A stretch of DNA of 64,000 nt. Origin: an uncultured Candidatus Saccharibacteria bacterium. Its GTDB lineage: Bacteria > Patescibacteriota > Saccharimonadia > Saccharimonadales > Saccharimonadaceae. Of this stretch, positions 26,201 to 35,236 are shown one piece after another (the stretch's first letter is position 1; every line of letters begins with the position of its first letter). Both the position numbers and the translations under genes were made by a program. The DNA lies in the NCBI GenBank assembly GCA_964584145.1, contig CAZOYU010000002.1, forward strand, positions 19,956 to 83,955. The letters run 5' to 3'. The notes beneath the pieces are model-generated. The model did no database searches. It was not told the DNA's origin and saw only the letters and a program-made list of their open reading frames with translations.

Positions 26201-28169
26201 CACTATTCGTGTCGTTTCTTTCATTATGCGTAGCGGTAGTCCGGCCAGCGACATTTCCTATACTAACGGCACCGAAACGCTTAACTATTCCAATATTTGT
26301 CGAATTGCCGCAGGTGGCAATAGTACGCTCAGTTGCACTATTCTCAATAACGGCGAAACGGATAACACTTACGAAAAACGCTATGTCTTAAATGCCTCGA
26401 CCAAAGACCAGCTAGGCGGCACGCTGAACGACACTAGCTTGATTACTTCTAGTGTCGCTGATACTAACGATAGCAATATTGTCTTGTCGCGTTCTGGATC
26501 AGTCGTGATGAATAGTGTTTCTGTTGATGTGCCGGAAACCACTATCAATAATCAGCAGGGCAGCCTTCGTCTTGGTGATAAGGTTTGTATCGCGGTTGCG
26601 GCTTGGCCAAGCGACAGCCATAACCTCGGCGCTGCTACCTCCGTCGACAGCACTAACCAATCTGTCGCGCTGACTAGCTCTGGCTCCGGCTCGCAATGGG
26701 TCGTTTCTGTGCCATACTGTTCGACGGTCGCCAAAACACCAAGCTTTAGCGTAGAAGGCTCGCAGCTTTCCGTTTCCGGCGATGTTACGACTTCTAATGT
26801 AACTCACAACGGTCGTCGCTACGGTTCATGGACAGAATATGGTTTGCTCGCTGGTGGCACAGTTACGAATATGACTTCAGGCGCTGCTACCGCTTATATT
26901 GATGCTCAATCGCTCGTTGTAACTAGTGGCACGGAATATGTTCTTAAATATAGCGCCGCTAACCGCACCGCTAGCGCTACTAAAGCAGGCGCCAATAGTA
27001 AAACGGCTAGTGTTTGCCTTTATAATTCGCAGACTTATCTCAAAGATTACGATTGTAATAATGCAGGTGGTGCGTCTACGATCGTGACCGAAGATAGTAT
27101 CAACGATATTCTTGAACGTATCCGCGATGTTTATACCCGCAAGAATAGTACTAGCAATTATCATGAAGAAGCGGGCGTCAAACGCATTAATGACCTTCAA
27201 TATGCTTGGGACTACGACGGCTCTAGGACTGATATCAAGATTGATGTTAATGGTAAATCTTACTACGACCTCTCGCCGCGCAATGCTTATGCTTGTGAAT
27301 ATAGCGAAGACCTCGGCTACTATGTCCCGAACAGCAAAGATGCCGAGCGTGCTATTACTACCGACGGCAAGAAAACTGCGCCATTTTACTGCCTCTCTAA
27401 CGGTGCCCATTATTACTATGTCGAAGGTGATGCCTATATTGGCGCGCAGAGCGATAGTATCTATGGTCAGTACCTCAACTTTGTTGATGACCTTACTGGT
27501 AGCTCCGATCAAGAAACTTATCGCAACCAGACCATGGTTGTACACGCTACTGGTACGCTCGTGATTGACACCAATCTTATTGTCGATAGTTACTATTCGG
27601 CTTACAACGGCTATCACCGCGTCGATCTCTTTACGGATATTCAGCAGATTCCGCAGATTATCATTATCGCCGACAAGATTCAAATCACCTCTAGCGTGTC
27701 CCGTATTGATGCTTGGCTAGTCGCGGATGGGCTCGACAGCGGCAATGGCGAGATTAATACCTGCGCCTACGAAAACTTTAATGCCTTTAAGCGCGGCGAA
27801 TATATCAAACAGGCGGGCAACGGTAGTCTCTTAAGCGCCAAGAATTGTGACCGCACGCTCATGTTTAATGGCCCAGTTTTCGCTAAGAGTATTATTCTGA
27901 ATCGCACTGCTGGTGGCGGTACTAAGGTGCTTGGCGCAGCCGAGCAATGGAATAGCTCTAGCGGTGGCGGTCATGGTCGCTATGACTGGTGGTATGGCCA
28001 TGTTCAGCAGAGTTCTGGCCAAACGCTCGCCATTGACGCAACCACTTATGCTCAGCGTGGCGAAATCTTCAACCTTCGTGCTGACACTTATCTTTGGGCC
28101 TACTATCAAGCTCAACGTAACGGCATTCTTACGACCGTCTTCACCAAAGAATTGCCAACGCGTTATTAG
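23256..28169 (+). CDS. cassette protein B2: giant secreted protein (1637 aa), unknown family
   Basis: Signal peptide MTNNFLRVVAVVATITICSLFLWTDNANA/A. Starts 6 nt after the A2 stop, with a GGAGAAGGA SD-like site inside the A2 3' end. N-domain shared with B3, three ~100-aa Cys-bracketed modules, then the common core. Confidence 0.92.
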   Translation: MTNNFLRVVAVVATITICSLFLWTDNANAARTSCDSSKIFINTSLIANSITDASIQDIGALDGTRDSSIVGTGAWACAETSRGIFFIADSVDHDVNTGKYIINLDVKVNPESTRNTAIAMGMINYKQESVIDQNVYAINIKYCTQDFEYSFVYGKGYDNVECPDGRDDAGGIINQYGSIVQRQGANDNVSSGAYAYWSEPKYTSSTINVDGTVLSAKLNNTTFKHDNVVRTINNGNTYVIKLWQWRCWSYDMYNYNKYNKDACASNPILLAVDMSWSTTFAGKVDNINVSGASYNSSDGKYYTDNDEIDIKYNYYLARNNNGPDKSVQGGYTTYISSGDGANGNVKLSKNSGWAWVASRTESGRSLSYGDNTICGRIGYFVTVSSEGGGKNKDWTESSKCITVHKYSWYEFEGQVVPYVNDVSKSSGSTVWIDGNSAKLKFVHQLKRTGSAQTRYGTSKSSNLSSIFSIQNWYGTSSLTNNNSWQTQKTSGDSDSTVNIAKSDSGSTYCQYLKYYKTVRDDSKDFRNQEEKSACVTLKRYKTNFTGKTTVTVNGKEYSDGDTITVESSDGKIPVTVPVVFKHTVTRNSESTPPSAPSNKKSSIAISTSGTSGCRSGDPCGTNTSAEDTDELASGASYTKTQSINTKVYPDQTIKICQQMTYKNQIWGSSESTATADQVCVTLKMDKALCSDNTQFGIHDGQNLGSLSISKNVNNSDSNTVVKSGAKNTGSTEITMWAKPGDNISFTHDSCAAADLPNQFHNNGKTTTYNVSAGRSSSSGSLDATGYLFGNSIGSEPYTSSSATIATTNANSGTGPFKSGQYAATYKSPSTKSDTDYTCTTDYYGNSHQSKTNYYQITSDVAKTSTLTSARCNSYVKTINNSTDYAIGSNVGTSFSQTLSWTDLWISNDSVDSSHNGSKTASIKGTVSVPYNYYLYPYVGNNSTSTTQTVTPGASLKANVYLPVMQRENKQVGETYATHTKPTTIRVVSFIMRSGSPASDISYTNGTETLNYSNICRIAAGGNSTLSCTILNNGETDNTYEKRYVLNASTKDQLGGTLNDTSLITSSVADTNDSNIVLSRSGSVVMNSVSVDVPETTINNQQGSLRLGDKVCIAVAAWPSDSHNLGAATSVDSTNQSVALTSSGSGSQWVVSVPYCSTVAKTPSFSVEGSQLSVSGDVTTSNVTHNGRRYGSWTEYGLLAGGTVTNMTSGAATAYIDAQSLVVTSGTEYVLKYSAANRTASATKAGANSKTASVCLYNSQTYLKDYDCNNAGGASTIVTEDSINDILERIRDVYTRKNSTSNYHEEAGVKRINDLQYAWDYDGSRTDIKIDVNGKSYYDLSPRNAYACEYSEDLGYYVPNSKDAERAITTDGKKTAPFYCLSNGAHYYYVEGDAYIGAQSDSIYGQYLNFVDDLTGSSDQETYRNQTMVVHATGTLVIDTNLIVDSYYSAYNGYHRVDLFTDIQQIPQIIIIADKIQITSSVSRIDAWLVADGLDSGNGEINTCAYENFNAFKRGEYIKQAGNGSLLSAKNCDRTLMFNGPVFAKSIILNRTAGGGTKVLGAAEQWNSSSGGGHGRYDWWYGHVQQSSGQTLAIDATTYAQRGEIFNLRADTYLWAYYQAQRNGILTTVFTKELPTRY
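27513..28169 (+). repeat. paralogous C-terminal module of B2 (ETYRNQT ... ELPTRY)
   Basis: FTDIQQIPQIIIIADKIQITSSVSRIDAWLVA ... QRGEIFNLRADTYLWAYYQAQRNGILTTVFTKELPTRY. Confidence 0.9.
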
Positions 28170-28204
28170 CGATTAACCCTCTCAGAGAGGCTAACCAAAA
28201 TTCC

Positions 28205-28235
28205 AAAAAGCTAGCATTTTTTCGCTAGCTTTTTT
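28205..28235 (+). terminator. rho-independent terminator after B2
   Basis: AAAAAGCTAGCattttttcGCTAGCTTTTT. Sequence-related to the rny terminator at 17535-17562. Confidence 0.8.
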
Positions 28236-28248
28236 AGTTCGATTTCAG

Positions 28249-28254
28249 TAAGAT
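28249..28254 (+). promoter_or_regulatory. -10-like box (TAAGAT) 6 nt upstream of the A3 ATG
   Basis: cagTAAGATataagcATG. No SD sequence. Confidence 0.4.
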
Positions 28255-28260
28255 ATAAGC

Positions 28261-29052
28261 ATGAGCGCCAATGATTCTCGGCCTTTTGGCGAGGTGAATC
28301 CAGATTCTTCCACAGATTCCTCTGCGGATTCTCCACATTTTGTTTCCCCGAATATTACTGATGCTGCCGAAGAGGAGCAAAAGGCGCAGGCGCAAGCCGC
28401 CGCCGAGCAGAGGCAAGCCGAAACTGTGAATATTGATGGTGTTCCGATTGCTGATCAGGATATTCAATACAAAACGCGCGATATTGTTGCTAAGAAAGCT
28501 GATGCGAAATATTTCGTGAATGTTAAGGAAGAGGAGGATGCTGCGAAAGCGCAGGCGCATCAAGCTAAAGCGGCTCAGCACAAAACTCGTTGGCGTCGCT
28601 ATGGCCGCCCAATTTTGGTTGTCGCTATTGTTCTTATTCTCGCTGCTGCTGGCGGTTTTGTCGCAAGATATTTTCTCGATCGGCAGGACGAAGAGGCAAA
28701 AGCGGCTGTTGAGGAATTGCTCTATGAAGCGGCTGATTGTTTAGAGGCGTCCAATCTCGATTGTGCGAATGAATACTATGAGAAGGCGCTCAGTCGTGCG
28801 GCGACGGATGAAGAGCGTTCGTTTGTCTATCTTCATTACTCTCAGTCCCTCGATGGGCTTATGCGTGATCAAGAATCAAATCGAATATATGAGTATGCGC
28901 TCAAGGCCTATGAGTTGAATCCTAATGACCGCAGTATAGTTTGGTGGCTTGTTGATGTTTATAATAATCGCGGCGAGGAAGATAAAGCGAAGGAATTTGA
29001 AGAGAAGCTAGAAGCATTGCCGGTAGATGAAGATGAATATGGAGAAGGGTGA
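28261..29052 (+). CDS. cassette protein A3: bitopic membrane protein, paralog of A2
   Basis: 263 aa. MSANDSRPFGEVNPD, VNIDGVPI, YKTRDIVAKK, YFVNVKEEED, RWRRYGRP + TM ILVVAIVLILAAAGGFV, then a TPR-like ectodomain (YYEKALSRAATDEERSFVYLHYSQ...ALKAYELNPNDRSIVWWLVDVY). Confidence 0.88.
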   Translation: MSANDSRPFGEVNPDSSTDSSADSPHFVSPNITDAAEEEQKAQAQAAAEQRQAETVNIDGVPIADQDIQYKTRDIVAKKADAKYFVNVKEEEDAAKAQAHQAKAAQHKTRWRRYGRPILVVAIVLILAAAGGFVARYFLDRQDEEAKAAVEELLYEAADCLEASNLDCANEYYEKALSRAATDEERSFVYLHYSQSLDGLMRDQESNRIYEYALKAYELNPNDRSIVWWLVDVYNNRGEEDKAKEFEEKLEALPVDEDEYGEG

Positions 29053-29053
29053 A

Positions 29054-32000
29054 ATGAAGATTAAAATAAAGACCGTTGCCTTGATTGCTATCGTTGCTAT
29101 TTTTTCTACGACGCTTTTGGGGTTTGGTAAAAATGAAGCTTATGCGAAGGCCTGGACTCTGTCTAGATCTAACGATAGGGGTAATTGTCTAACTGGCGGT
29201 GGCCGTATTGATGTTGTTTCTAAAGCGAAGAAAAACGGCAAAACAGTAATCAGAGATATTGGTGACTTGGGCAATTTTGGTCAATTGGGTAATGAGAATA
29301 AATACGATGAATATAGTGGCGGTTGGGCATGCGCACGATGGTACGAAACGGGGAATATGTGGCATGGAATTATGTTCATAGCTAGCAGTGTCGAGGAGAC
29401 CGGAAGCGGGAATAATAAACAGTACAAAATCAACGTCGATGTCAGTGTTAATTTGAAAAGTAGCAATAACACGGCAATTGCTATGGGCATGGTTCATACT
29501 GGTAGCAATGCAACGAATAAGGCTATAAATATCGAGTATTGTACGCATTATTATGCTAATACAGGGTGGTGCACGGATAAGACTAAAGGTGCAGATGGTA
29601 TTATATCTAGTTACGACAAAACCGTGCTTCGGCAGAACTCACGCAACCGGCCAACTAGTAGCTATAGTTACTGGACCCCGCCAATTCACGCGTTAGCGAC
29701 CAGTTCGGAGCAATCATTTATAACAATTGATGGTCCAAGGCTTGCTGAAAAAATGCAAGAAACGGAGTTTGCTACAAAGAACGTTAAATATTTAGATGAC
29801 GGTTATACCGCAATCGTGCTTTATCAATACCGCTGCTGGTCGAAGAATGGTGGCACTGGAGAATGTGGCGTAAGTCCGATAGTTTTAATATTGGACACTA
29901 GCGGTACGACTGATGATCCTCCAAGCTCAACTTCTTGCGACTCCACGAACTCATATAGCAATAGCGGTAAATCCGGCGTCCGTAAAAACGGTGGCAGCAT
30001 CGCTTATACGAATAATAATTCTGGCACAGTTAGTACTTGGGCGAAACCAGGAGATTCTATTCAATTTACGCACACAACTTGTGCTGCCGCCCAAAAGCTT
30101 ATTGATGACAATCAGGCGTATCTGGGTTCTTATGATTCTAACTATACCGTTTCTGCAAGTACCACCAACGGCACCAATGGCAGAGGCTATATATTTGGTA
30201 ACGACTTGAGCGGTAACTCGTCCGCTAGTATCCCAAGTTCCACGCTAAAGAATAATGAGTATGCTTATACTGCGAATTCGCCGAGCGATGACGCTGGATC
30301 TACATATAGCTGCGATGGTGTTTACGATGGTTTCATATCGGGCCATTATCAGATTCCGGATTTGAATATTAGGAGTGACAAATGTGGGGCATCTAGGAAA
30401 ACTGTTGCGTCTGATGCTGGCAATACAATTACGCAAACATTAGCATGGCGCGACTTCGACATTAAATGGCAGACTATCTATCATGACGCCGAAATAGATG
30501 AGGCGGGCAACGTTATTAAGCCGAGAACATCTGAAAATATCCCTTATGTAAATAGTTCTACCGACTACTCCACTAGCGCCAGCGTCTATATTCCATACAA
30601 CTACATTCTCAAGCCCTATATTGAAGGAAATAAAAATGACACAGGGGATAAAAGCCAAACCGCTACCATCGGTGGCAAATACGACGTTACTGCTTATGTT
30701 CCCGTTGATGTTCGTAAAAATAAACAAGTTGGTGATACTTATGCTACTAGCACGAAAGATACCAAAATTAAAATTGTGTCGTTCGTATTGGATTCTAGTA
30801 GCCAGCCAACCAGTAGCGTTACTTATCACGCTAATAATGGCGATGCGGGGGCGAGCAGTATTTGTAGATACGCCGCTGCCAGCGGAAATGTTAAGCATTG
30901 TGCAAATATCGCCGATGAGACTATTACGCTTAACCAAAATACTTCCGGTAATCTCAGCGGCACGCTAGGCAATGAAGCTTCGATTAGTGAGGGTGGTTCT
31001 AAGCTTGTTCTTAATGACGGCATCGAGGCTTCTGTACCAAAAAATAACATCAGTCTCGGCGATAAAATTTGTGTCGCAGTCGCCACCTGGCCGAGCGATA
31101 GCCATAATCTTGGCGATGCTGCAACTGTCGATAGCTATGACCAGAGTGTTGCTCTCACTAATAGTGCGGGAAGTAACGCTAAATGGGCCGTCTCTGCGCC
31201 AAGCTGCGCCACCATCACGAAGCGCCCAATCTTTAGCGTCGAAAGTTCGCAACTTTCCGCTACTGGCACAATTAACTCCTCGACCTATACGCGTGATAAG
31301 CTCACCTTCAGCTCTTGGGCAGAATATAGCATTGCCACCTCTGAGGAAAATGGCGTTGAAGATACCGCTTCCGGCGCAGCTACTGCCTATATCGACGCGC
31401 TCAATCTTAATTATCGCTATAATCCTTACGAGCCTAAATACGCCATTGCTTCCAGGGAAGTTAATCTTGCCAATACGCGTGCTGGCACAAAAAGTACCAG
31501 AACCTTTACTGCGCAAACTATGCTCAATTCTGGTAATGGCAGCCCCGGTGGCGCTACCACGCTTGAGCTCGCTGAGAATATCGAAAAATTCTATACATCT
31601 ATCGAAAATATCTATACGCGCAAAGGCAAGACTAAGACTCAATCTGGTGCCGGTATTGCAAATTTCAATGACCTTAGCGAACTAAAAGGCTCCAAAAAAC
31701 TAACCGTCAAGAATAATTATTATGATCTCTCGATTGGGTCCTCGTATGCTTGCGTTTACGATGAAAATAAAGGTTATTATGTCGCCTATGATAGCGACGC
31801 TACGCTCGGCAAGGATAAAAAAGGCAACCCAACTGCGCCATATTATTGTCTAAGCAATGGCTCCAAGTATTATCATGTCGAGAATGCTAATGCTTATATT
31901 GGTGGTGGCGGCGAGAGAAATAGTGGCGGCTATACTCAATTTCGTCTTACTGTGAACGATCTTGATGGTTCTGGCGGTCAAGAAACTTTCCGCAACCAAA

Positions 32001-32536
32001 CTACGGTTATTCATGTTGAGGGTACGGTTGTAATTGATACTAACTTCGTCATTGCCTATAACTATGGTGGTAGGATGCTGGATTATTTCACTGATATTCA
32101 GCAGATTCCGCAAGTTATCATCATTGCCGACAATATCGATATTACTAACAATGTCTCGCGCATCGATGCATGGCTGATTGCTAAAAACAAGATTAATACT
32201 TGTGCCTACGATAACTATAGTGGCTTCATGAAAGGGAACTATATCAGTAGCGCGGCTAATGGCGGCCTAAACGCGAACCGCTGCAATAAAGAACTAGTTA
32301 TCAATGGCCCAGTCGTTGCTAATGAGATCACACTTAACCGTACCGCTGGCGCCGGCACAACTCCGGCCGAATACTACAGTAAAAAAGCCTCTCTCTCCGT
32401 CGAAGATGCCTATTATGCCCAACGCGGCGAAATCTTTAATCTCCGTTCCGACGCCTATCTTTGGGGTTATTATCAAGCTCAGCGTAATGGCATTTTGACT
32501 ACAGTCTATTCGAAAGAATTGCCGACCAGATATTAA
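29054..32536 (+). CDS. cassette protein B3: giant secreted protein (1160 aa), unknown family
   Basis: The ATG at 29054 lies 1 nt after the A3 stop, preceded by GGAGAAGGG. It gives signal peptide MKIKIKTVALIAIVAIFSTTLLGFGKNEAYA/K. N-domain shared with B2, followed directly by the common core. Confidence 0.9.
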   Translation: MKIKIKTVALIAIVAIFSTTLLGFGKNEAYAKAWTLSRSNDRGNCLTGGGRIDVVSKAKKNGKTVIRDIGDLGNFGQLGNENKYDEYSGGWACARWYETGNMWHGIMFIASSVEETGSGNNKQYKINVDVSVNLKSSNNTAIAMGMVHTGSNATNKAINIEYCTHYYANTGWCTDKTKGADGIISSYDKTVLRQNSRNRPTSSYSYWTPPIHALATSSEQSFITIDGPRLAEKMQETEFATKNVKYLDDGYTAIVLYQYRCWSKNGGTGECGVSPIVLILDTSGTTDDPPSSTSCDSTNSYSNSGKSGVRKNGGSIAYTNNNSGTVSTWAKPGDSIQFTHTTCAAAQKLIDDNQAYLGSYDSNYTVSASTTNGTNGRGYIFGNDLSGNSSASIPSSTLKNNEYAYTANSPSDDAGSTYSCDGVYDGFISGHYQIPDLNIRSDKCGASRKTVASDAGNTITQTLAWRDFDIKWQTIYHDAEIDEAGNVIKPRTSENIPYVNSSTDYSTSASVYIPYNYILKPYIEGNKNDTGDKSQTATIGGKYDVTAYVPVDVRKNKQVGDTYATSTKDTKIKIVSFVLDSSSQPTSSVTYHANNGDAGASSICRYAAASGNVKHCANIADETITLNQNTSGNLSGTLGNEASISEGGSKLVLNDGIEASVPKNNISLGDKICVAVATWPSDSHNLGDAATVDSYDQSVALTNSAGSNAKWAVSAPSCATITKRPIFSVESSQLSATGTINSSTYTRDKLTFSSWAEYSIATSEENGVEDTASGAATAYIDALNLNYRYNPYEPKYAIASREVNLANTRAGTKSTRTFTAQTMLNSGNGSPGGATTLELAENIEKFYTSIENIYTRKGKTKTQSGAGIANFNDLSELKGSKKLTVKNNYYDLSIGSSYACVYDENKGYYVAYDSDATLGKDKKGNPTAPYYCLSNGSKYYHVENANAYIGGGGERNSGGYTQFRLTVNDLDGSGGQETFRNQTTVIHVEGTVVIDTNFVIAYNYGGRMLDYFTDIQQIPQVIIIADNIDITNNVSRIDAWLIAKNKINTCAYDNYSGFMKGNYISSAANGGLNANRCNKELVINGPVVANEITLNRTAGAGTTPAEYYSKKASLSVEDAYYAQRGEIFNLRSDAYLWGYYQAQRNGILTTVYSKELPTRY
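31982..32536 (+). repeat. paralogous C-terminal module of B3 (ETFRNQT ... ELPTRY)
   Basis: FTDIQQIPQVIIIADNIDITNNVSRIDAWLIA ... QRGEIFNLRSDAYLWGYYQAQRNGILTTVYSKELPTRY. Confidence 0.9.
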
Positions 32537-32566
32537 AAGAGAAGTTTTAAAAATCGAAAACGTTAA

Positions 32567-32574
32567 TGTATAAT
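32567..32574 (+). promoter_or_regulatory. extended -10 (TGTATAAT) 6 nt upstream of the pseudopilin-1 ATG at 32581
   Basis: aaTGTATAATattactATGagtaaa. No SD sequence. The alternative ATG at 32566 lies inside the box itself. Confidence 0.45.
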
Positions 32575-32580
32575 ATTACT

Positions 32581-33549
32581 ATGAGTAAAAATGGTGGTAG
32601 GGACGTAGCGAGCGGCTTTACGATTATTGAAGTTATGCTTGTGCTTGCCGTGACGGGCTTTCTCTTCATTGGTATCCTTGGCGGCATGAGTGGCAGTCTC
32701 GCTCGCCAGCGCTACAAGGACGCCGTGCAGGATACTGCTGATAGTCTCCGTCGCATGTATTCTTATGTTGTTGATACGCAGGTCTATACACGCGAAAATG
32801 ACTCTGTCTGTTATGGTCTTACTTCTGATGCTATCGGAAATAGCAGTTTAATCTCTAATAGTAAAAATACTGGCCGTGGCCGCAGCGATTGTGTCGTTTA
32901 TGGCCTAGTTGCAACCATTGCCAATAGCCATATTGAATTCACTGAATTGGTTGGCAAAGAATACGAGGTCGTGCGTGAGGAAGTTGCCGATAAAGACAAA
33001 AAAGATACCGACACTATGAAAGACATTGAAGTCCTACAACTCGCTGGCGCAAATAATGTCGTCGCATCCGCTAAGCAGAATGGTACTTGCTCGAATATTG
33101 GCCTAGTTAATCTGCTCGAGTCTTCTGATTCACGCTGGGGTACGCGCATTCTCGATACGGATGGCAATGAACTCGCCACCACGATTCTAATCTTCCGTTC
33201 GCCGCAGTCTGGCGTCATCCGCACTTATGTTATGGACGGTACACCGAAGAATGGCGACAATATTATCCGCTATGACGAATTTAGCGAAGAGACGCATGAC
33301 TGCACTGAAAAGAATATACTCGACACTTATGGTATCAATGAATACATTGGTAAATATGAGACCGAAGGCGACGAGAAGGTTTTCAAAAGCAATTTTACCG
33401 AAAAAGAATTGAAGATCTGTATTAGTAGTGGTGATACGGGCGTGTATGACGGCCGCATGCGTATGATTAAGATCGCGAAAGGTGGTCGCAGCTCATCTGC
33501 TATCGCGCTGATTGACATGGATGACGAGGACGCAAACGAATGCAACTAG
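32581..33549 (+). CDS. type IV prepilin-like protein 1 (oversized, 322 aa)
   Basis: Class III signal MSKNGGRDVASG/FTIIEVMLVLAVTGFLFIGIL: Gly at -1, Phe at +1, Glu at +5, then a hydrophobic helix. Confidence 0.85.
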   Translation: MSKNGGRDVASGFTIIEVMLVLAVTGFLFIGILGGMSGSLARQRYKDAVQDTADSLRRMYSYVVDTQVYTRENDSVCYGLTSDAIGNSSLISNSKNTGRGRSDCVVYGLVATIANSHIEFTELVGKEYEVVREEVADKDKKDTDTMKDIEVLQLAGANNVVASAKQNGTCSNIGLVNLLESSDSRWGTRILDTDGNELATTILIFRSPQSGVIRTYVMDGTPKNGDNIIRYDEFSEETHDCTEKNILDTYGINEYIGKYETEGDEKVFKSNFTEKELKICISSGDTGVYDGRMRMIKIAKGGRSSSAIALIDMDDEDANECN

Positions 33550-34364
33550 ATAAAGTTAAGCCAGGTGATACGATTATTGAAGTAGCTCTTTCGATGGCTG
33601 TCTTTGGAGCCGTGGCGCTGTTCTCGGTCGAAATGATGAATAGTGGTCTCAATAAAATTCAACGCACGCTCGAAACTACTATGGCGCGCACTGCGATCGA
33701 TTCGCAGACCGAAGCGTTGCGTTTTATTCATAATAACTATCTCGCTGAGCGCAACTTCGCTGATAGCACGGCGCAATTTCAGCGTATCTGGGAGCAACTC
33801 AAGGGAGCATCGCGCAATCCTCGTGACATCAAAGCTGGCGATACTGTAAACAGCTTCGATGTTAATACTTACACTTCTTGTGACGAGATTTATAGTAATG
33901 CAGGCCAGATTAAACAATATAAAGCATTTGTGATTAATCCGCGCTACATTGTGCCAGACTACGGTGATAACGTTAGTTACAATGGTGTTAAATATACTTA
34001 TGGAAATGGTTCTAACTCGGACGATACCGGCATTCTCAAGAATATAATTATTGGCGGCAATGATACCGAAGAACAGAGCAGCTTGATGACTTATAGTCAG
34101 ATTTATCCGCGAATTATCTATAGCGCCAAAAAAGGCGATAGTAAAAATACCGACAATAGTTCCCTTAAAGAAGCCAACATCTACCAAGTGGCCGAAAGTG
34201 TGCAAGGTCTTTGGGACATCGTTGTCTATAGTAATGAACGCAATAAAGATCGTTCCGAATATTTTGATTTTTACATTAACACTTGTTGGAATGCTGCTGG
34301 TACACACGTTCCGTCGACCATTACGACTATCGTCCGCCTATATAACCCAGAGGTGATTGAATAA
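33540..34364 (+). CDS. type IV pilin-like protein 2 (274 aa)
   Basis: MQLDKVKPG/DTIIEVALSMAVFGAVALF: Gly at -1, Glu at +5, hydrophobic helix. Overlaps the end of gene 1 by 10 nt. Confidence 0.75.
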   Translation: MQLDKVKPGDTIIEVALSMAVFGAVALFSVEMMNSGLNKIQRTLETTMARTAIDSQTEALRFIHNNYLAERNFADSTAQFQRIWEQLKGASRNPRDIKAGDTVNSFDVNTYTSCDEIYSNAGQIKQYKAFVINPRYIVPDYGDNVSYNGVKYTYGNGSNSDDTGILKNIIIGGNDTEEQSSLMTYSQIYPRIIYSAKKGDSKNTDNSSLKEANIYQVAESVQGLWDIVVYSNERNKDRSEYFDFYINTCWNAAGTHVPSTITTIVRLYNPEVIE

Positions 34365-35227
34365 TGAAACACAAGAAAGCCTTCACGATTATCGAATTCG
34401 TCCTCGCTATGGGGCTATTTTCCACTATGCTGCTGATGATTGCCGTGCTCACCATTCGCATTACCGGCATCTATCAAAAAGGTCTCTCAATTCGTTCCGT
34501 CAATGCTGTTGGTAGGGAATTGATCGACGACATTACTAAAATCGTTCAAAGTTCACCGATTCAGGAATCAATCAATCCAGAAGTATCATCATCTGGTAAC
34601 GTTACCGCTAGCAACATTGTCGCTAAGCGCTCTGAATATTTTACTTATTACACGGGTTCAGACCAGACTAAGCAAGAGACTCAGGGCAAAACTCAGAGCT
34701 CTGGCCTCTTCTGTACGGGCTCATATACTTATATCTGGAATACTGCGCAAACTTTGACTACTTTCGAAAATAACGACGATGCAATTACAATTACTAATGA
34801 AACTGGCAAACATGTCTATAAATTTATTCGCGTGCCTGATTACGACCGTAGCTATTGCGCAAAATTCAACGAAGATAAGGCTAGTAATCGCACTTTCGAA
34901 ATCGCCGAAGACCAGATTGTCAATTTAATTAACGACGATGAATCCGACCTCGCCATTTATGATTTTACTGTCTTGCCGGCAACTCAGAGCGATACAACTG
35001 GCCATGCGCTTTACCCAATCAGTTTCATCCTCGCGACCAAGAAGGGCGGTATCAATATTTTGAGCAATGGCGATTATTGTTCTGGCCAAGAAGTTCCGTC
35101 CGATCTCAATAGTGAAGATTCGGAATACAATTCGATTGATTTTAATTATTGTGCCGTCAATAAATTTGATTTCGTTGTTCGCCAAACCGGCGAAGCAGAA
35201 GATGTAAATGGTTATGGTTCAAGATAG
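34364..35227 (+). CDS. type IV pilin-like protein 3 (287 aa)
   Basis: MKHKKA/FTIIEFVLAMGLFSTMLLMIAVL: Ala at -1, Phe at +1, Glu at +5. TAATG overlap with gene 2. Confidence 0.75.
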   Translation: MKHKKAFTIIEFVLAMGLFSTMLLMIAVLTIRITGIYQKGLSIRSVNAVGRELIDDITKIVQSSPIQESINPEVSSSGNVTASNIVAKRSEYFTYYTGSDQTKQETQGKTQSSGLFCTGSYTYIWNTAQTLTTFENNDDAITITNETGKHVYKFIRVPDYDRSYCAKFNEDKASNRTFEIAEDQIVNLINDDESDLAIYDFTVLPATQSDTTGHALYPISFILATKKGGINILSNGDYCSGQEVPSDLNSEDSEYNSIDFNYCAVNKFDFVVRQTGEAEDVNGYGSR

Positions 35228-35236
35228 AGGAGGTAT

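Noticed and set aside
26877-27683. 268-aa minus-strand ORF in B2. Similar antisense or off-frame ORFs occur in B1 and B3 (for example 21434-21823, 30965-31642, 30972-31685).
   Set aside because: They overlap the conserved C-terminal cores of the giants, whose + frames are conserved between three paralogs at the protein level. The alternative frames are not.
32516-32536. ELPTRY C-terminus of B2/B3 as a sortase LPXTG sorting signal
   Set aside because: The motif is at the very end of the protein, with no following hydrophobic segment or basic tail. It has R-Y instead of G, and B1 reads EYPTRY. It therefore does not fit a canonical sortase signal. It is kept only as a conserved C-terminal peptide of unknown role.
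33546-34307. 253-aa minus-strand ORF opposite pilin-like gene 2
   Set aside because: The + frame has a prepilin-type N-terminus and operon-style overlaps with its neighbours. The antisense frame has no start context or motifs.
34300-34364. Resemblance between the pilin-2 C-terminus (ITTIVRLYNPEVIE) and the B C-termini (I(I/L)TTV(Y/F)...PTRY)
   Set aside because: It involves only ~6 loosely matching residues in what are probably terminal beta-strands. That is too short to distinguish from chance without statistics.
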